From Chrysomallon squamiferum (Eukaryota > Animalia > Mollusca): a stretch of 64,000 nt of DNA. The notes beneath the pieces are model-generated. The model made no database searches. It saw only the letters and a list, made by a program, of their open reading frames with translations, and was not told the DNA's origin. Of this stretch, positions 17,806-31,400 are shown in pieces. The stretch spans positions 20,832,001 to 20,896,000 of the forward strand of contig CM022670.1 in assembly GCA_012295275.1 (NCBI GenBank). Reading direction: 5' to 3'. Position 1 is the first letter of the stretch; each line of letters opens with the position of its first letter. A program made the translations under genes and the position numbers.

Positions 17806-18712
17806 CATCCTTCCATTATAATTCTCATGTTCTGGTGGTCTTCTTTGTTCTAGTTTGGTGCAGTGACTTAATACTGGGTTACTGTTACCAGTGAGATGCA
17901 TAGTTGGTATAAAATGCAAAGAATGAGAAGTGGCCGCTATCAAGCTGCTGAAGAGGTGTACCCAGACACCGACAGGAGAGGATGTTCTTTTCATTTCTCA
18001 CAAGCTGTGTAGAGGAATGTCGCAGAGAAAGGCCTTGCAGTCGACTATAATGTGAACATTCATATATGGGAACTGTGGGAACTGCTATAACTATTGAACG
18101 TAATATAATCAACTAACCTGTGAAAACTGAAAAAGTGAAATAAAATAAAGTAAAGAAATATATACAACATGTTTGTTTCTGTTTTATTTACCAGTTTTCA
18201 ATATTGGACCAAACTATTACCTAAAGGCTGGTGATACAGGTAGAACGACATAATCACTCAAGCAATTAATCCTCAGTTAAGGACCCTATTTATGTTGTTA
18301 TAAGCTGTAGCCCAAATGGGATTTAGGCACAATGATACTAATCCGACAATTTTTATACTGGGTATTCATTCTGTTAATATGTACTGTTTCGTCAAAAGCT
18401 TGTGCGTTAATCAGAAATAAGCAAGCAAAATTACATCTTCTATTTCTGAATTATTATGATTTAAAAATTCACAGTTGTAAATATATGCCTTCAAAAGTGT
18501 ATTTCCATTTGTTAAAGACCTTGCAAAATAATTAATTATAAACATATTACAATGCTTTGTTTGCTCTTTATTTTGTTCAAATTATTTTTATGCCATGTAT
18601 TTCATTTAAGAAACCATAAACATATGAAACTCTAGAAGATGAATATTACCCATGTAAAAAAAAAAAAAAAAAAAAAGGAAGGAAGGGAAAAGAAGATAAC
18701 AAAAACAGTTCA

Positions 18713-19806
18713 TTAAATTTTCTTTGAAGACAGCTGCAGTTCTGGAATGGTAAATGTCTGAAAACCCTCAAATTTATTCTTTGTTCCAGCGGATGTCACT
18801 GATGTGCAGTTTTCACAGTCATCTGCACTCTTTTCTAAAAGTAAGAAAATAATATTAAATTATATGGTTTAGATACTTATTATTAGACCTTTTTCATACC
18901 GCGATTCCCTATGAGCAACTCAAGATGACCGATGACCCCTTTCATTATTTTTGATTCAAGAATATCTTGGGTTACCATATTTTCATCAAACAAAGACAGT
19001 ACAAAAGGAAACTATATTCACTATGACGGGTCCCAACCCTATCTACACGTTTTTATTTATTCCTCATTCCAAGTCAAGTTGAAAAAAGCTAAAATATACC
19101 CTCGCTCAAGAACGATCCCGCGACCCCCAGAAAAAAGGCTGGCGAACCCTCTGAGTGTCGCGAACCCCAGGTTGAAAACCTATGAGATAGTTAAATAGAC
19201 AGAAACTGATATATATAATATTCTCACGTAAATACATTTCTTTGATAACCTATTTTTCTCACATCTGTTTCCATGGAATCCCTCGTCACAAACACACAAT
19301 TCACTATTGTGTAAGTCCGTGCAAGATCCGTGCTTACCACAATCCAAGCTACAGGGTTTATGACAAAAGAGACCTGACCAACCCTTGTCACAAGAGCAAG
19401 TGAACGGCTTCAGACAGTAGCCATGACGACAGTTAAATCCAGCTGGACATTGTCGCTCTGTAAGAGGACACAGTGACGTTTGTTCTGAAAAGGTATGAAA
19501 AAGCTGTACATATATTTGTACATATAGACAGAACACAAGCATCCATTCATAGATCTATATTCACTCATTTTATTTAAATGTAAATATGCTTATTTTGAAA
19601 AAGACTGAGCACAAAACATAAAAATTATGCGTTCATTATTGCACTTTACACTATATATAAATATTTATATATTCATTTTTTCAACTATTACAATCATATA
19701 TATATATATATATATGCTGAAATAATTGCTGACACCGTGGATGATCCTGTTGATAATGACATGTCCAGTCTTTCACAGTGATCTCCTATGAACCCAAAAT
19801 GGCATT
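18713..19806 (-). pseudogene. Internally deleted, 5'-truncated relic of the EGF-TIR gene at 28486-35333
   Basis: Retains the 3' part of exon 1 (its donor is deleted), all of exon 2 (19484-19254, donor mutated GT>AT at 19253) and the start of exon 3. Exon 3 is joined at GA 18792-18793 to the last about 27 codons of the TIR exon. TM, TIR, start codon and signal peptide are missing. Confidence 0.9.
18884..19184. mobile_element. hAT-like non-autonomous element in EGF-TIR intron 2 (relic copy; parent copy about 34083-34370)
   Basis: Ends gtcgcgaaccccaggttgaaaaccta, resembling hAT/Charlie subterminal ends, with repeated cgcgacccc motifs. No TSD identified. Confidence 0.45.
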
Positions 19807-19865
19807 AATTACAGGAACTAATTATTTAAATGAAACATGCAAAATATTTATTAAATAATTCATTG

Positions 19866-20320
19866 CACTTGGATTGACCCGGATGTTTGTTCAACACTTG
19901 CTGATTTATCCAAGATTATTACAGAAATTATTGTTTCAGTAACAATCTAGCGGAGCAAACCGATGGTTTCCGTCGGAACAGATCGACATCAACGTTTCAG
20001 ATCAAGAGAGAGAGGACAAAGAGCTTTGTTTGAGTACATTCATTCAGTACAAACATCATTATTTCATATCAAGTGTGATAGAAAATACCCTCGTTGTTTC
20101 CGATGAAGTATCATAAGCCTTACCTAATTATTTTCTATGTCAAGACAGATAGAAAAACATCACTGTTTCATGTCAAGACTGATGAGACAAACATTGTTTC
20201 TGATAGCACAGACATCAATTCGTTTTACGTCTGATAAGTTATACCTTATTATTTTATATCAAGACCGACACGAAGCATTAATTTGATCAAATATTTTAGA
20301 AAGATTTTCTTTAAATCTGT
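19866..20320. repeat. Dispersed repeat, second copy at 50645-51040
   Basis: Near-identical gacccggatgtttgttcaacacttgctgatttatccaag...gagagagaggacaaagagctttg, followed by degenerate roughly 35-bp units (acatcattatttcatatcaag). Confidence 0.88.
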
Positions 20321-22701
20321 TTAATGTCCAGTGACAACTGCTGGATAAAGAATAATCATTGGAGAAATGGTGCCTATGAAGCACGTATCAGCCACTTTCA
20401 TGCAGGAAAACAGTCAGACCAAATACCACTTCATTTTATACTTTCAGAATATTTGTCTCTGTAATATGTAGACTTTGATATTTAAAAATAACAGTGTCGC
20501 ACTAACTTGTTCAGTTAGTGCACACACTTATGATGTTTGTGAAAGGAAACTTCAGGAAATGTTATGACGTCTTCGTGTTGACCATTACAGTCACATTATT
20601 AGACATAGCATTAAAATCAGCAACCTTATTATTTCAAAACTGATATATTTAATATTTTGTAAAATGATTAAGGTATAACATTAAAATAACAAGCTTGCAA
20701 AGTTACTGCAGCCTCAGTCGGTAAAGAATATTTTCACGTTTCTCTATATCAAATTTCTCAAAATAAACAAGGGAATAATTATAATAGTTTCATTAATATT
20801 TTGACGATTTTACTATTGTACTCGCATGCTTATTATTAAGACAGATTACAGTGAAGAAAACAACAACATTCACAGTTTATTTAGGTAATTTATTCGCCAC
20901 AGGGTATAAAAAATGCAAGAGGACCGCTTATCAAACCAAAAAATTATGACGAGATTCGTAACGTTATTCTGAATGTGCCCAAGTATTGTCATTTTTTCAA
21001 AAAAATATATTTGATAATATTTAACAAAAAAAATTGTATGAACATCAGTATTCTTTTCTTTTTGCCTTTTTATATTATTTCATTTTTATTTATTTGTTAA
21101 ATATATCAAATCATTATCTATTATTCTGTTTTCCTTTTTCAAATTACTTTATAGTAATTTTTAGTTTTGTTTTCTCAAGGTAGTAGCAGACTATATATTT
21201 TCAAACTATTATAGATATTCAAAGTTTTAATTTATTGTATGAAATATCGAAATATTTAACACCAGGCAAAGAAATACAAAATACAAAATTTATTTACAAA
21301 ATACAATCCAGAAATACATCTATTTAACATTAATTCCTTTCCTTTCTAATATCTATTTTCATTTTATACTTTCAATAAATTTGTTTTCTTGTTTTATCTA
21401 AGAATAATGAAGGCATATAAACTCACCATTTCTAATCTGTAATAATTAATGACTGTTAAAAATGTATCAAGGAATTAAAGATTGACTAAACCAAATTGGG
21501 GAAAAACCGAAAAAAAATACAAAAAAAAAAAACCGAAAAGAAAACAACACAACGTGTAAATAAAATTGGGACTGTTAACAGCGACGAAATCTACACAGAT
21601 TATAACCTCTTCTTATCTACATCAATATGGACAAATACTACAAATTAATAATAAACATCAAACAAATAAACTTAATTCACATACAGCACTAAAATTATAG
21701 TTATAAATCCCACATAAAGCGTTTTTAGTAAATGGAACTTTATAATAAAATCGATATGTTATTTAAGAGTAATGTATATAATTATTCGTTTCATAAACAG
21801 AGACAGACAGAAAGAAAGAAAGAGAGACAGAGAGATATAGCGTTATTTAGGTAATTTATCCGTCTTATTACAGAGACACTTTAAGTTAGTGTGTACAAAC
21901 ATTACTTTGATAGTTGTTTTGTATAAAGTTAATATTAAATGAACACAGGATATAATGTTAATACTAAAATAAAACAGGGTACAAGGTTAATATCACAATG
22001 AAGCAGGGTATGAAAGTAATATATTTTTACTTTATGTTGATAATATTTAACATATAAAAATCTTGCTTTTTCATACTGTTTCACTTTTTATTTATTTATT
22101 AAATATATCAAAACATTATGTAATATTTACTACGTTTATTATTCTGGTTTATCTTATTTTCCTTCTTCAAAATACTTTATAGTAATTTTTAGTTTTGTTT
22201 TCGCAGACTATATATTTTCAAAGTATTATAGATATTCAAACTTTTAAATTATTTTATGAAATATCCAAATATTTAGCACCAGGCAGAGAAATACAAAATA
22301 TAAATTTTATGAAGGAATTAAGGAATGACTAAACTAAACTGGGAATAAAAAATACATACAAAAAAGACAACAATGTTATAATAAAGCAGGGACTGAAAAC
22401 AGAGAAGAAATCTATAAAAATTATAATCTCTGCCTGTCTACATCAACATGGAGAAATATTACACATTTATAATCGATGATCAGAAACACCAAACAAATAA
22501 ATTCAGTTCATATATATCACTAAAATTATAGTTATAAATCACACACAAAGTGTTTTATCTGAATGGAACTTTACAATAAAGTCAGTATGTCATATACAAG
22601 TAATGTATATAATTATTCGTCTCATAAACAGAGACAGAGAGAAAGAGAGACAGAGAGACATAGCGTGTTTGTGTATCTGCGTGAATATGGCGCTGACTTT
22701 T

Positions 22702-24598
22702 CTATTCAATAATATCAGAATTATCGTAATAAACATATCTACATATCTGACCAACAGTTGTGTTCCATGTTTTGATACTTTCAGGGTTGTAATTTTGCTT
22801 TCGCAGTTTATACCATAGATGAACAACGTAGTTATTGTTCTTCCACTCGAAAGGTTCACCTTTTTTGAACAGCAATTTCATTTCATTGCCTGTCCAGTTA
22901 GGATGACATATAGAGGTTTTTCTGTATGAATTAAATTTGTGTGGTTTTTTGCTAGCAAAGCGGGAAGCAAAACAGAATGAAAACTCCATATGGAATCATT
23001 AAACGTCGCATATCTTAAGTACCATATTTTCATGAAGTTATTCCAAGGTGTGGCTACCAAGACTCCGTTGCACAGTGCATGAGGAACTTCGTATCCCATC
23101 ACCATTTCGTATTTGAGAAGAGGGTGTAAAGAATTAACGACTACAGAATCCAGATCTAAGTAAATACCTCCATATTCTAGCATTATTTCAAGTCGTATCA
23201 CATCAGATATATGTTCAGGAATTTTGATAGCCCTGGAAAATATTTCTTTCGGAATCTCTCTGCGAATAAGATAAAGTTCTGGAACTTTGTCTAGAACTTC
23301 CTCAAAGTATTTTCCATTTGGAATCAAATCAATCCATAAATATATCCTATAGGGCTTTATAATTTTGTGAGATGCCAAAATTGCCAACAAGTAATGAAAC
23401 ATAAAAGGTTTTTGCTTTGGGCCAAGTCCAGAGAACCAGACGAAATGGACTAAATTAGGAACAACGGGATGATCATGCGTTATGTTTTTAGACAAATTTA
23501 CTGGTACCGTTAACATATGTTTAAATGTTTCAGTCTTTCGATAGATGTAATAATTTGAGGTCTCGTATTCTTTGCAGATGTTTGGTTCCAAACACGAAGG
23601 TGGTTTTTCGATTAATTTTGAGTTCCCATAGTAAATATATCTAAACAAAGACCCAGCTGTTGTATTCCACGTCCGTATAAATGTGTGATTCACTTCAGGC
23701 ACGTGTTGAATTGACGACAATTGTATTGCATAAATATCTTCAGTTTTCCAATCATAAAAATGTCCTTCTTCACAGAGGAGTTTTGCTCTCGATAATGGTC
23801 CATAAAATGATTTCTGTTCAACGTGTATTAGTTTTGGCTTGTATTTTTCCAAAACCGTAGGAACCGGAACTGATTTATTATTATGCCATCCTGTTATAAT
23901 TGTCTTATAAATTTTATGCCACATTTTGAGGAAGTCTGCCCATTTAACTGCTATTATTATTTCATTGGAAAGAGCACCAGAATTATCACATCCCATAACG
24001 ATGTCGTATTTCAGTAAAGAATGCAACGGTTTCAAGACAATGACGTTTAGATCGAAGAACATTCCTCCGTATTCCAACAGAGCTTCTAGGTTACGACATC
24101 AGATTCCTCTTCTAAAGTCCTGTGCGGTAAGCCGTGCATTTCTGTCGGAGATTTTCGAAGAACTAGAGAAAGTTCCGGAGCCTGTTTTCTCAGCTCTTCG
24201 AAATAAAAACCTTCTGGTTTAAGATTGAACCAGAAGAAGATACGTTTGGGTTTCGTAAATTTCCGAGCAGCCATTATTGAAATAAAATTGATGAAATTTA
24301 AAATAATTTGATTTAGGTTTTCTGTACCATGTAAAGTGAAGAAGAGACGGAATTACTCTAAATGTGTGATGTATTTTCACATTCAGATTAACGGGGATTT
24401 CCATTTCTCTGTCAAATGTTTCATTTCGTTTGTAAACATAATAATCAGAATCCTTTGTTGGCTTGCATATATTCAGTTCCAAACATTTAATTTTCGCTGA
24501 AAGAAGAATTAACATATTATTGTCATCATCATCACCATTATTTTGCTGTTGTTGTTGTTGTTGTAAGTGATGCTGATATTTGACAAATATATATATTT

Positions 24599-24675
<77 letters not shown>

Positions 24676-26218
24676 CCTAGACGCATCTTTTCTGCCTCAT
24701 TTGTAGCCCTGGATATCCTTGACATTAGAATTAATACCGCAGTGAGTCCCATTGCAATATATATTTTGAGAAAACGTTTTCTAATTCTTCGTCGACAAAA
24801 AAGCTTTATTCTGCATCTCTTAAAAAATAATTAAAAAAGAAAATAATTAAATAAATAAAATTAATAAATCATTTAAGAATAAATAAATAAATATAAATAA
24901 ATAATTTATGAGATATTAAATAACAAACATAAATAAATAAAAAATTTCTGAATAACATGTCTGTAAACACGTCAGAAAATATTTAAGTTATATTACCAAC
25001 CTGACTCAAACGCCATAATAAAGAAATTCTGAAAATAAAAGAATTTCAAAATGATTTTTAAACGAATTAAAATAAAGTGGTTGTAAAGGTTAATTACTCT
25101 ACTGTGGTTTTTATTAAACTATGACTGATTTTAACACTCGTACCGACATATTTACCATTAACGCTGTATATACTAACACCATTCCTATAGTTACATTTAT
25201 ATTTATACGTTTTAAAGCTATTACTATATTTACCATTATCAATGCAGGTACGAAAATTTGTATTATATTAATATTATCATACACACAAAATGACAGTATC
25301 ACTTGTAGTATTCTACATTTAGCATTTTTTCTACTGTCTGTTATTTTCATTAATATTCAAATTAGAAAAACAAACAAATACTGGCGATACCACTAATCGT
25401 ACTGGTGATAATAGTACAGCTACGACTCATACATATACTGCTGACGATACTACTTAGTTGACTTACACTTATTGGCAATATTTCTACGACAGACAGCGTT
25501 ATATTGCATCTACGACTTCTATGACAACAAATGCACTTGGCGATACTGTTTCAACGACTACTGCTAAATGGAATAATTAAGTCATTCAACGTTTTATTAA
25601 AGGTTATTATTATTGTTGTTGTTGTTCTTGTTGTTACTATTATCATTAGCAGAAGCAACAGCAGTAGTAGTAATGATAGTAATAGAAGTAGTAGTAATAG
25701 TAGAATTGGTATTGGTAGTACTAGTAGGTACTTAACTTATAAAAAAAATACTGATATGTTTGATAATAATTTTTAATTAGCAATAAACACGCTATTAGAA
25801 TGTATTTGTTGGTTGACCAGCATATTATAATAATTATATTTATGTTTTGGGTTTTGGGTTTTTTTGTTTGGGTTTTTTTTTTTTTTTTTTTGTGCTATTG
25901 ATTTCTTTCTTTTTTAAATATAATAGAGCGATAGATATAAACAGAGAGGACAAAAATGGATAGAAGAACAAGAAACAGATTTACCAACAACTGATGATAG
26001 GTAGTAAGTTACAGCATAATTTGTCTACAAGTACTATTAAACAGCTTGTTAAACTGATTTTGAGACAATAAGTAAAACGTTCTAAATATACCTCTTAGCA
26101 TGCACGATAGAGTAGATTCCAAAAATGACGACAGAGAGTATCAAGATACACAGAATGATTTTATACATTTGCAAAAATCCATCTGAAATGAATATATTCA
26201 TGTAAACAGACACTTTAC

Positions 26219-26315
<97 letters not shown>

Positions 26316-26619
26316 GTCACATATAGATCTAAAACAAAAAAATGATGAACATTCATCGTAAATTATAAACCTAATTTAATTCTACAAGTGTCTTTTCTAA
26401 TAATTAAATATATGATCGAATATTCAATGAATATAAATTGTATAGTATGTATTATAAACATGGTAAAATGTTCTAGAGTGATTGTAGGTTTTTTTGAAGT
26501 TATACAAAATCTAAAGTACTCAGGAACATATGTTACGCCTGGTTGTATTGTCAAGATATTACAACATACAAACCTGCAGTAATTTTCCAAATCTCAAATG
26601 AAAAATGTTGTTTAGTCAT
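22702..26619 (-). pseudogene. Double-domain GT32 glycosyltransferase, copy B, with three frameshifts as assembled (pseudogene or assembly error)
   Basis: Exons 26619-26574, 26182-26092, 25028-25001, 24818-24677 and 24496-22702 mirror copy A. Relative to A: +1 nt at 24288-24289, -1 nt near 24089-24092, -1 nt in the T-run 22917-22921. Confidence 0.75.
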
Positions 26620-28431
26620 TTCTGAAGACAAATTAAAATAATCAGCTTTCAGATGAAAAATATATATATCAAAACAAAATCCAGTCCTTATTACTTTGAA
26701 TTTATCAGAGAATTGATGTGTAGCAAGCTATATGATACTAACAAATATAATGTGTGTATTTCCAAGGGACTTTATTTTTTGACAAAGGCATCCAGAACAG
26801 TAAGCCGTAACTAAATACCTTTGTCGTACATAAAGAAGTTAATTGTATCTTAACATCTTCAATAAGAGTACCATGGTATTGTTACCATTCAACGACATTG
26901 TGAATAGATATTGTGTTTATCAGTAATACACTGTGGCTAACTTGTCAACCAGAATCAATTATATTTCGAAATCACCACTACAAAGCAGTGCACTGAAAAT
27001 ACTAAACAAATACTAAACAAATTAATTAACAAGTTCACTATATTTTGATGCCGTTTTAAAACAAGGAATATAAATTAAATTAGTGTTTCGTAGGTTAGTG
27101 ACTGTATTCAAAGACATCAAAACCAGGAAGTCTTAATTAAATAACTTTGTCATATATAAATGCAATTAATTTTGTCTTGACATCTTCAATAAATAATCAA
27201 GATGTGATCTATCTTCTTTTCTTAAGTTAATAAAACGGTTTTTTATTGTCTGCTGTGAGCCGTGATATATATATAATTACATGTAGTTGTTGTCAGTTGG
27301 TCAAACTCTGAAAATTGTGTTTAAACAGTTCCATAGTGAACCAGAAAATATTCGTCAATCAATATTCGTCTCTTCCAGTTAGTTAGTTTTTTTATTAATT
27401 AAATTATTTTAAATACTATTATTTAACAAGTTTAAAACTGTCCGATCCAAAAATGAATACTGGACGCCTTGTTCTGTACGGCATCTGACAGTCATAGGTT
27501 CAAGCATGCTGTCCTTTGCACATACATCAGCTCTGGGTTCGAGCCAGTTATGGGATTCGAACCCCTACGAACGGTGGCTACGTCCTTCCATGATAATGTT
27601 CATGTTCTGGTGGTCTTCTTTGTTCTAGTTTGGTGCCGTGACTTAATACTGGGTTATTGTTACCAGTGAGATACATAGTTGGTATAAAATGCAAAGATTG
27701 AGAGGTGGCCGCTATCAAGCTGCTGAAGAGATGTACCCAGACACCGACAGCAGAGGATGTTCTTTTCATTTCTCACAAGCTGTGTAGAGGAATGTCGCAG
27801 AGAAAGGCCTTGCAGTCGACTATAATGTGAACATTCATATATGGGAACTGTGGGAACTGCTATAACTATTGAACGTAATATAATCAACTAACCTGTGAAA
27901 ACTGAAAAAGTGAAATAAAATAAAGTAAAGAAATATATACAACATGTTTGTTTCTGTTTTATTTACTAGTTTTCAATATTGGACCAAACTATTACCTAAA
28001 GGCTGGTGATACAGGTAGAACGTCATAATCACTCAAGCAATTAATCCCCAGTTAAGGACCCTATTTATGTTGTTATAAGCTGTAGCCCAAATGGGATTTA
28101 GGCACAATGATACTAATCCGACGATTTTTATACTGGGTATTCATTCTGTTAATATGTACTGTTTCGTCAAAAGCTTGTCAGTGCGTTAATCATAAATAAG
28201 CAAGCAAAATTACATCTTCTATTTCTGAATTATTTTGATTCAAAAATTCACAGTTGTAAATATATGCCTTCAAAAGTGTATTTATATTTGTTAAAGACCT
28301 TGGAAAATGATTAATTATAAACATATTACGATGCTTTGTTTGCTTTTTATTTTGCTCAAGTTATTTTTATGCCATGTATTTCATTTGAGAAAGCATAAAC
28401 ATATTAAACTCTAGAAGATGAATATCAGACA

Positions 28432-28469
<38 letters not shown>

Positions 28470-28485
28470 TAAAAAAGACAATTCA

Positions 28486-31400
28486 TTAAATTTTCTTTGA
28501 AGACAGTTGCAGTTCTGGAATGGTAAATGTCTGAAAACACTCAAATTTATTCTTTGTTCCAGCGGAATTTTTGGAAGACACACAAACACTTTCTGTCTTA
28601 GAATGTGACATATTTCTTTGTGTATTGTTTCCTTTTTTGTCTGTCAAAACTTCGGTTAATTCTGAATCCTTTAGCGAAATGTCATTAGTCGTTTTTCGTT
28701 TCTTTGGCATTGATAACTCGAGACGTTTCCAAAATTTATCGATCTTTTTACTGTGTTGATCAGATGGCCAAGCGATGTAGGTAATTGTGTCTAGAATGTT
28801 CTTTAAGGTCTCGTCCATGAACTTCCGGTCAGAAGAGATGTCCTGGAGGACTATGGGAATTATTCTCTGTTTCCGCTTCAACATCTCGTGCTGCGCGCGC
28901 TGATACTCAAACCGGCAGAACTCACTCTGGACGTAGCTTGGTGTTAAAATTAGAATGGTTCGTCTGCTTTTCTCCATTGCTTTAATAATATTATTGGCAA
29001 TAGCTGCAATTAAAACAAAAACATTTAAAATTTCGAAATAACCCACAGTCGTCATTATTGTCTCTTTTATATCATTTTAGAATGGCCATTTCCATATTTC
29101 GAAAAAGACATTTTTAACTTTTTTTAAATGATAATGATGTGCAGAAATGTAGAAAGTTGTATAAAGATCTACAAAATATACTAGAACAAAATACTGTATG
29201 CTAACCAAATAAGCTAACGTCACAAACTAAAGTAAATAATAGAGAAAACTACGATTTTGTCACGTACCTGTGTAAAGCTATTTATATAATTATTTTTAGA
29301 ATGGCCATAAAAAGGACAAATTGAAGGCCTGTTCGAGGTGGCGCAGGATGGAGGGCAAATCCAGTCTCTACTAGTGAGCAGAAGAAACGCCACGATATGC
29401 CATAGCGCCGGTTTAATACTGATCAGGAAGGGAAATAACTCCAATATACCTTCTTTATTGCCAATGGAAAACAGAAAGGAATATTTTACGACCACTCAGT
29501 CTGATAAGTTTATTTTACTCTATTAATTAATTCGGGGATAAATCTCAAAAACTCAGTTTAGATTTGAAGATAACGGAATCGCATCCGGCAGTCAGCTTCT
29601 ATTTGTGAAAATATGTATTTATTTATCACTAAATATTTTTAAATTTCATCATTTTAGATTTGGTTTTTAGACTTTATCATTTCCAAAAATATGTGAATAT
29701 AACATAAAACGATACCAAAATAAGAATTAAAAAGTAACAAAAAGAACAAGACCAACCCCATAAACGCAAAAAACAACAACTGCTGTGACAGTAACAACAA
29801 CAATTACTACTACTAATAATAAAACCAATACTACTACTACTAATAAAACCAATACTACTACTAAAACCAATACTACTACTACTATTAAAAACAACAACAA
29901 CAACAACAACAACGATGATGATGATGATGATCATAATCTTACTTTCTCCTGGCAGAAAGTCTCTGAAATGAAGACACAGCTTGAAGTTCATAATCTTCTC
30001 CAGTTTAGGGTACAACGTATGTATTACAAACTGTTCATCTGCTTCTGTTGATTTGTATGAGATAAACGCATCGTACAATTTGTCATCTGAAAATAAAACA
30101 ACAGACATAGACAGATAAAAATATATGTCGTTAGAGAGACTGACAGATGGACTGAGAGATGTATGGTTGTGACACAAAGACAAATATAAAGCCAGGCTGG
30201 CAGACTGATAGACTCACTGATTGAGATGGACTGAATGTCTTAGGCAGACAGATATACAGACATACAGATATGCAGAGAAATAGATAGAGCCAAACAGAAA
30301 TAAATTTTGAAAATTACAAAATAAGTTTTATTAATGCTGAAGCATTTCTTTTTTTTATTATTATTATTTTCTTTCGAACTGTTTAATAACTTATTTCTAT
30401 TCCTTTACTTAACGTTATTCATTTCAATGACTTATAAATTTATCTTTTCCAATAAAATGTTGGGTTTTCAAAAGAAAATGTTGACTTTATAACTGTGAAA
30501 TTTAGCTTTAGGAGAAATTATTTTACTGGTTAAAGTCATGTCTGGTTCATCTGGATATTAAAAATGTTATTGTCGGATCACTGCAGGAACTAAACTACTT
30601 TTGAAGAAATAATTTTATTACGCTATAAAATAGAAAGAATAAAACTTCAGAGAATTCATACATATTATAACAAAAGCAAGTGTGTCAGATATGTAGTTTA
30701 TTTAATTTCTGTTAGATCGTTTTTGATGTTTGTTTTGTTTTTGTAGTCGTTGTTTTTTCTGTTGCTGTTATGTTTTTTATTCTTTTCATTGTTTGTTTCT
30801 TTACTGTATCCGCTACTTTTCATTTATTTTGTTTATTTGCTTACTTTTTTATCTGATGTTTATTTCTTTCTTTGTTTATCATCAGTATCATCATTAATAA
30901 CTAAATAAAAACAAAGGAACTGTCTCACCTTTAATGCTAGATAAAATGAAATTATCCAACGCCCCAAAACAAAACAAAACATTAATTACATGTTGTTTTA
31001 CTTGATTGTTTGTTTGTGTGTGTGTGTGTATATATATATATTCAGTTGGTATTGTATATTTACCTTCGTCTTCAAACGGTTGAAACAAGTAAACTATTTT
31101 CATTATAAATATTTCTTTTCGTTTCCATAGCCAGTATGGCAAAGCTACCAAAATAGTCAGCAGGATGAAAAGAACAAAAATACACGATCCCACGATCCAC
31201 CAGTGCCACTGTGGTTCTACAACTTCTGAAAACCAGCAACAGTATAACTATTAGTAATGTAACAGAAACTCAGTAATGAATTATGTATATAACTGTTTTT
31301 AGTAAGGCTTCTAAAAAAAAAAAAAATGTATAACAGATGGAAATGTGACCATGATAGAATAGTTAATAATAATAAGAAGAAGATGAAGAAGAAGAAGAAG

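Noticed and set aside
19180-19542. Stand-alone 120-aa EGF protein with an apparent signal peptide (also 34366-34728)
   Set aside because: The apparent leader and tail are intron read-through around exon 2 of EGF-TIR receptor 1 and its relic.
27530-27581. GGTTCGAATCCC suggesting a tRNA gene
   Set aside because: No cloverleaf or acceptor stem. Treated as a SINE fragment.
28486-30086. Bacterial TIR anti-phage system (Thoeris-like) or horizontally acquired TIR/GT genes
   Set aside because: Spliceosomal introns, signal peptide, EGF and TM exons and TLR-like TIR boxes indicate native animal genes.
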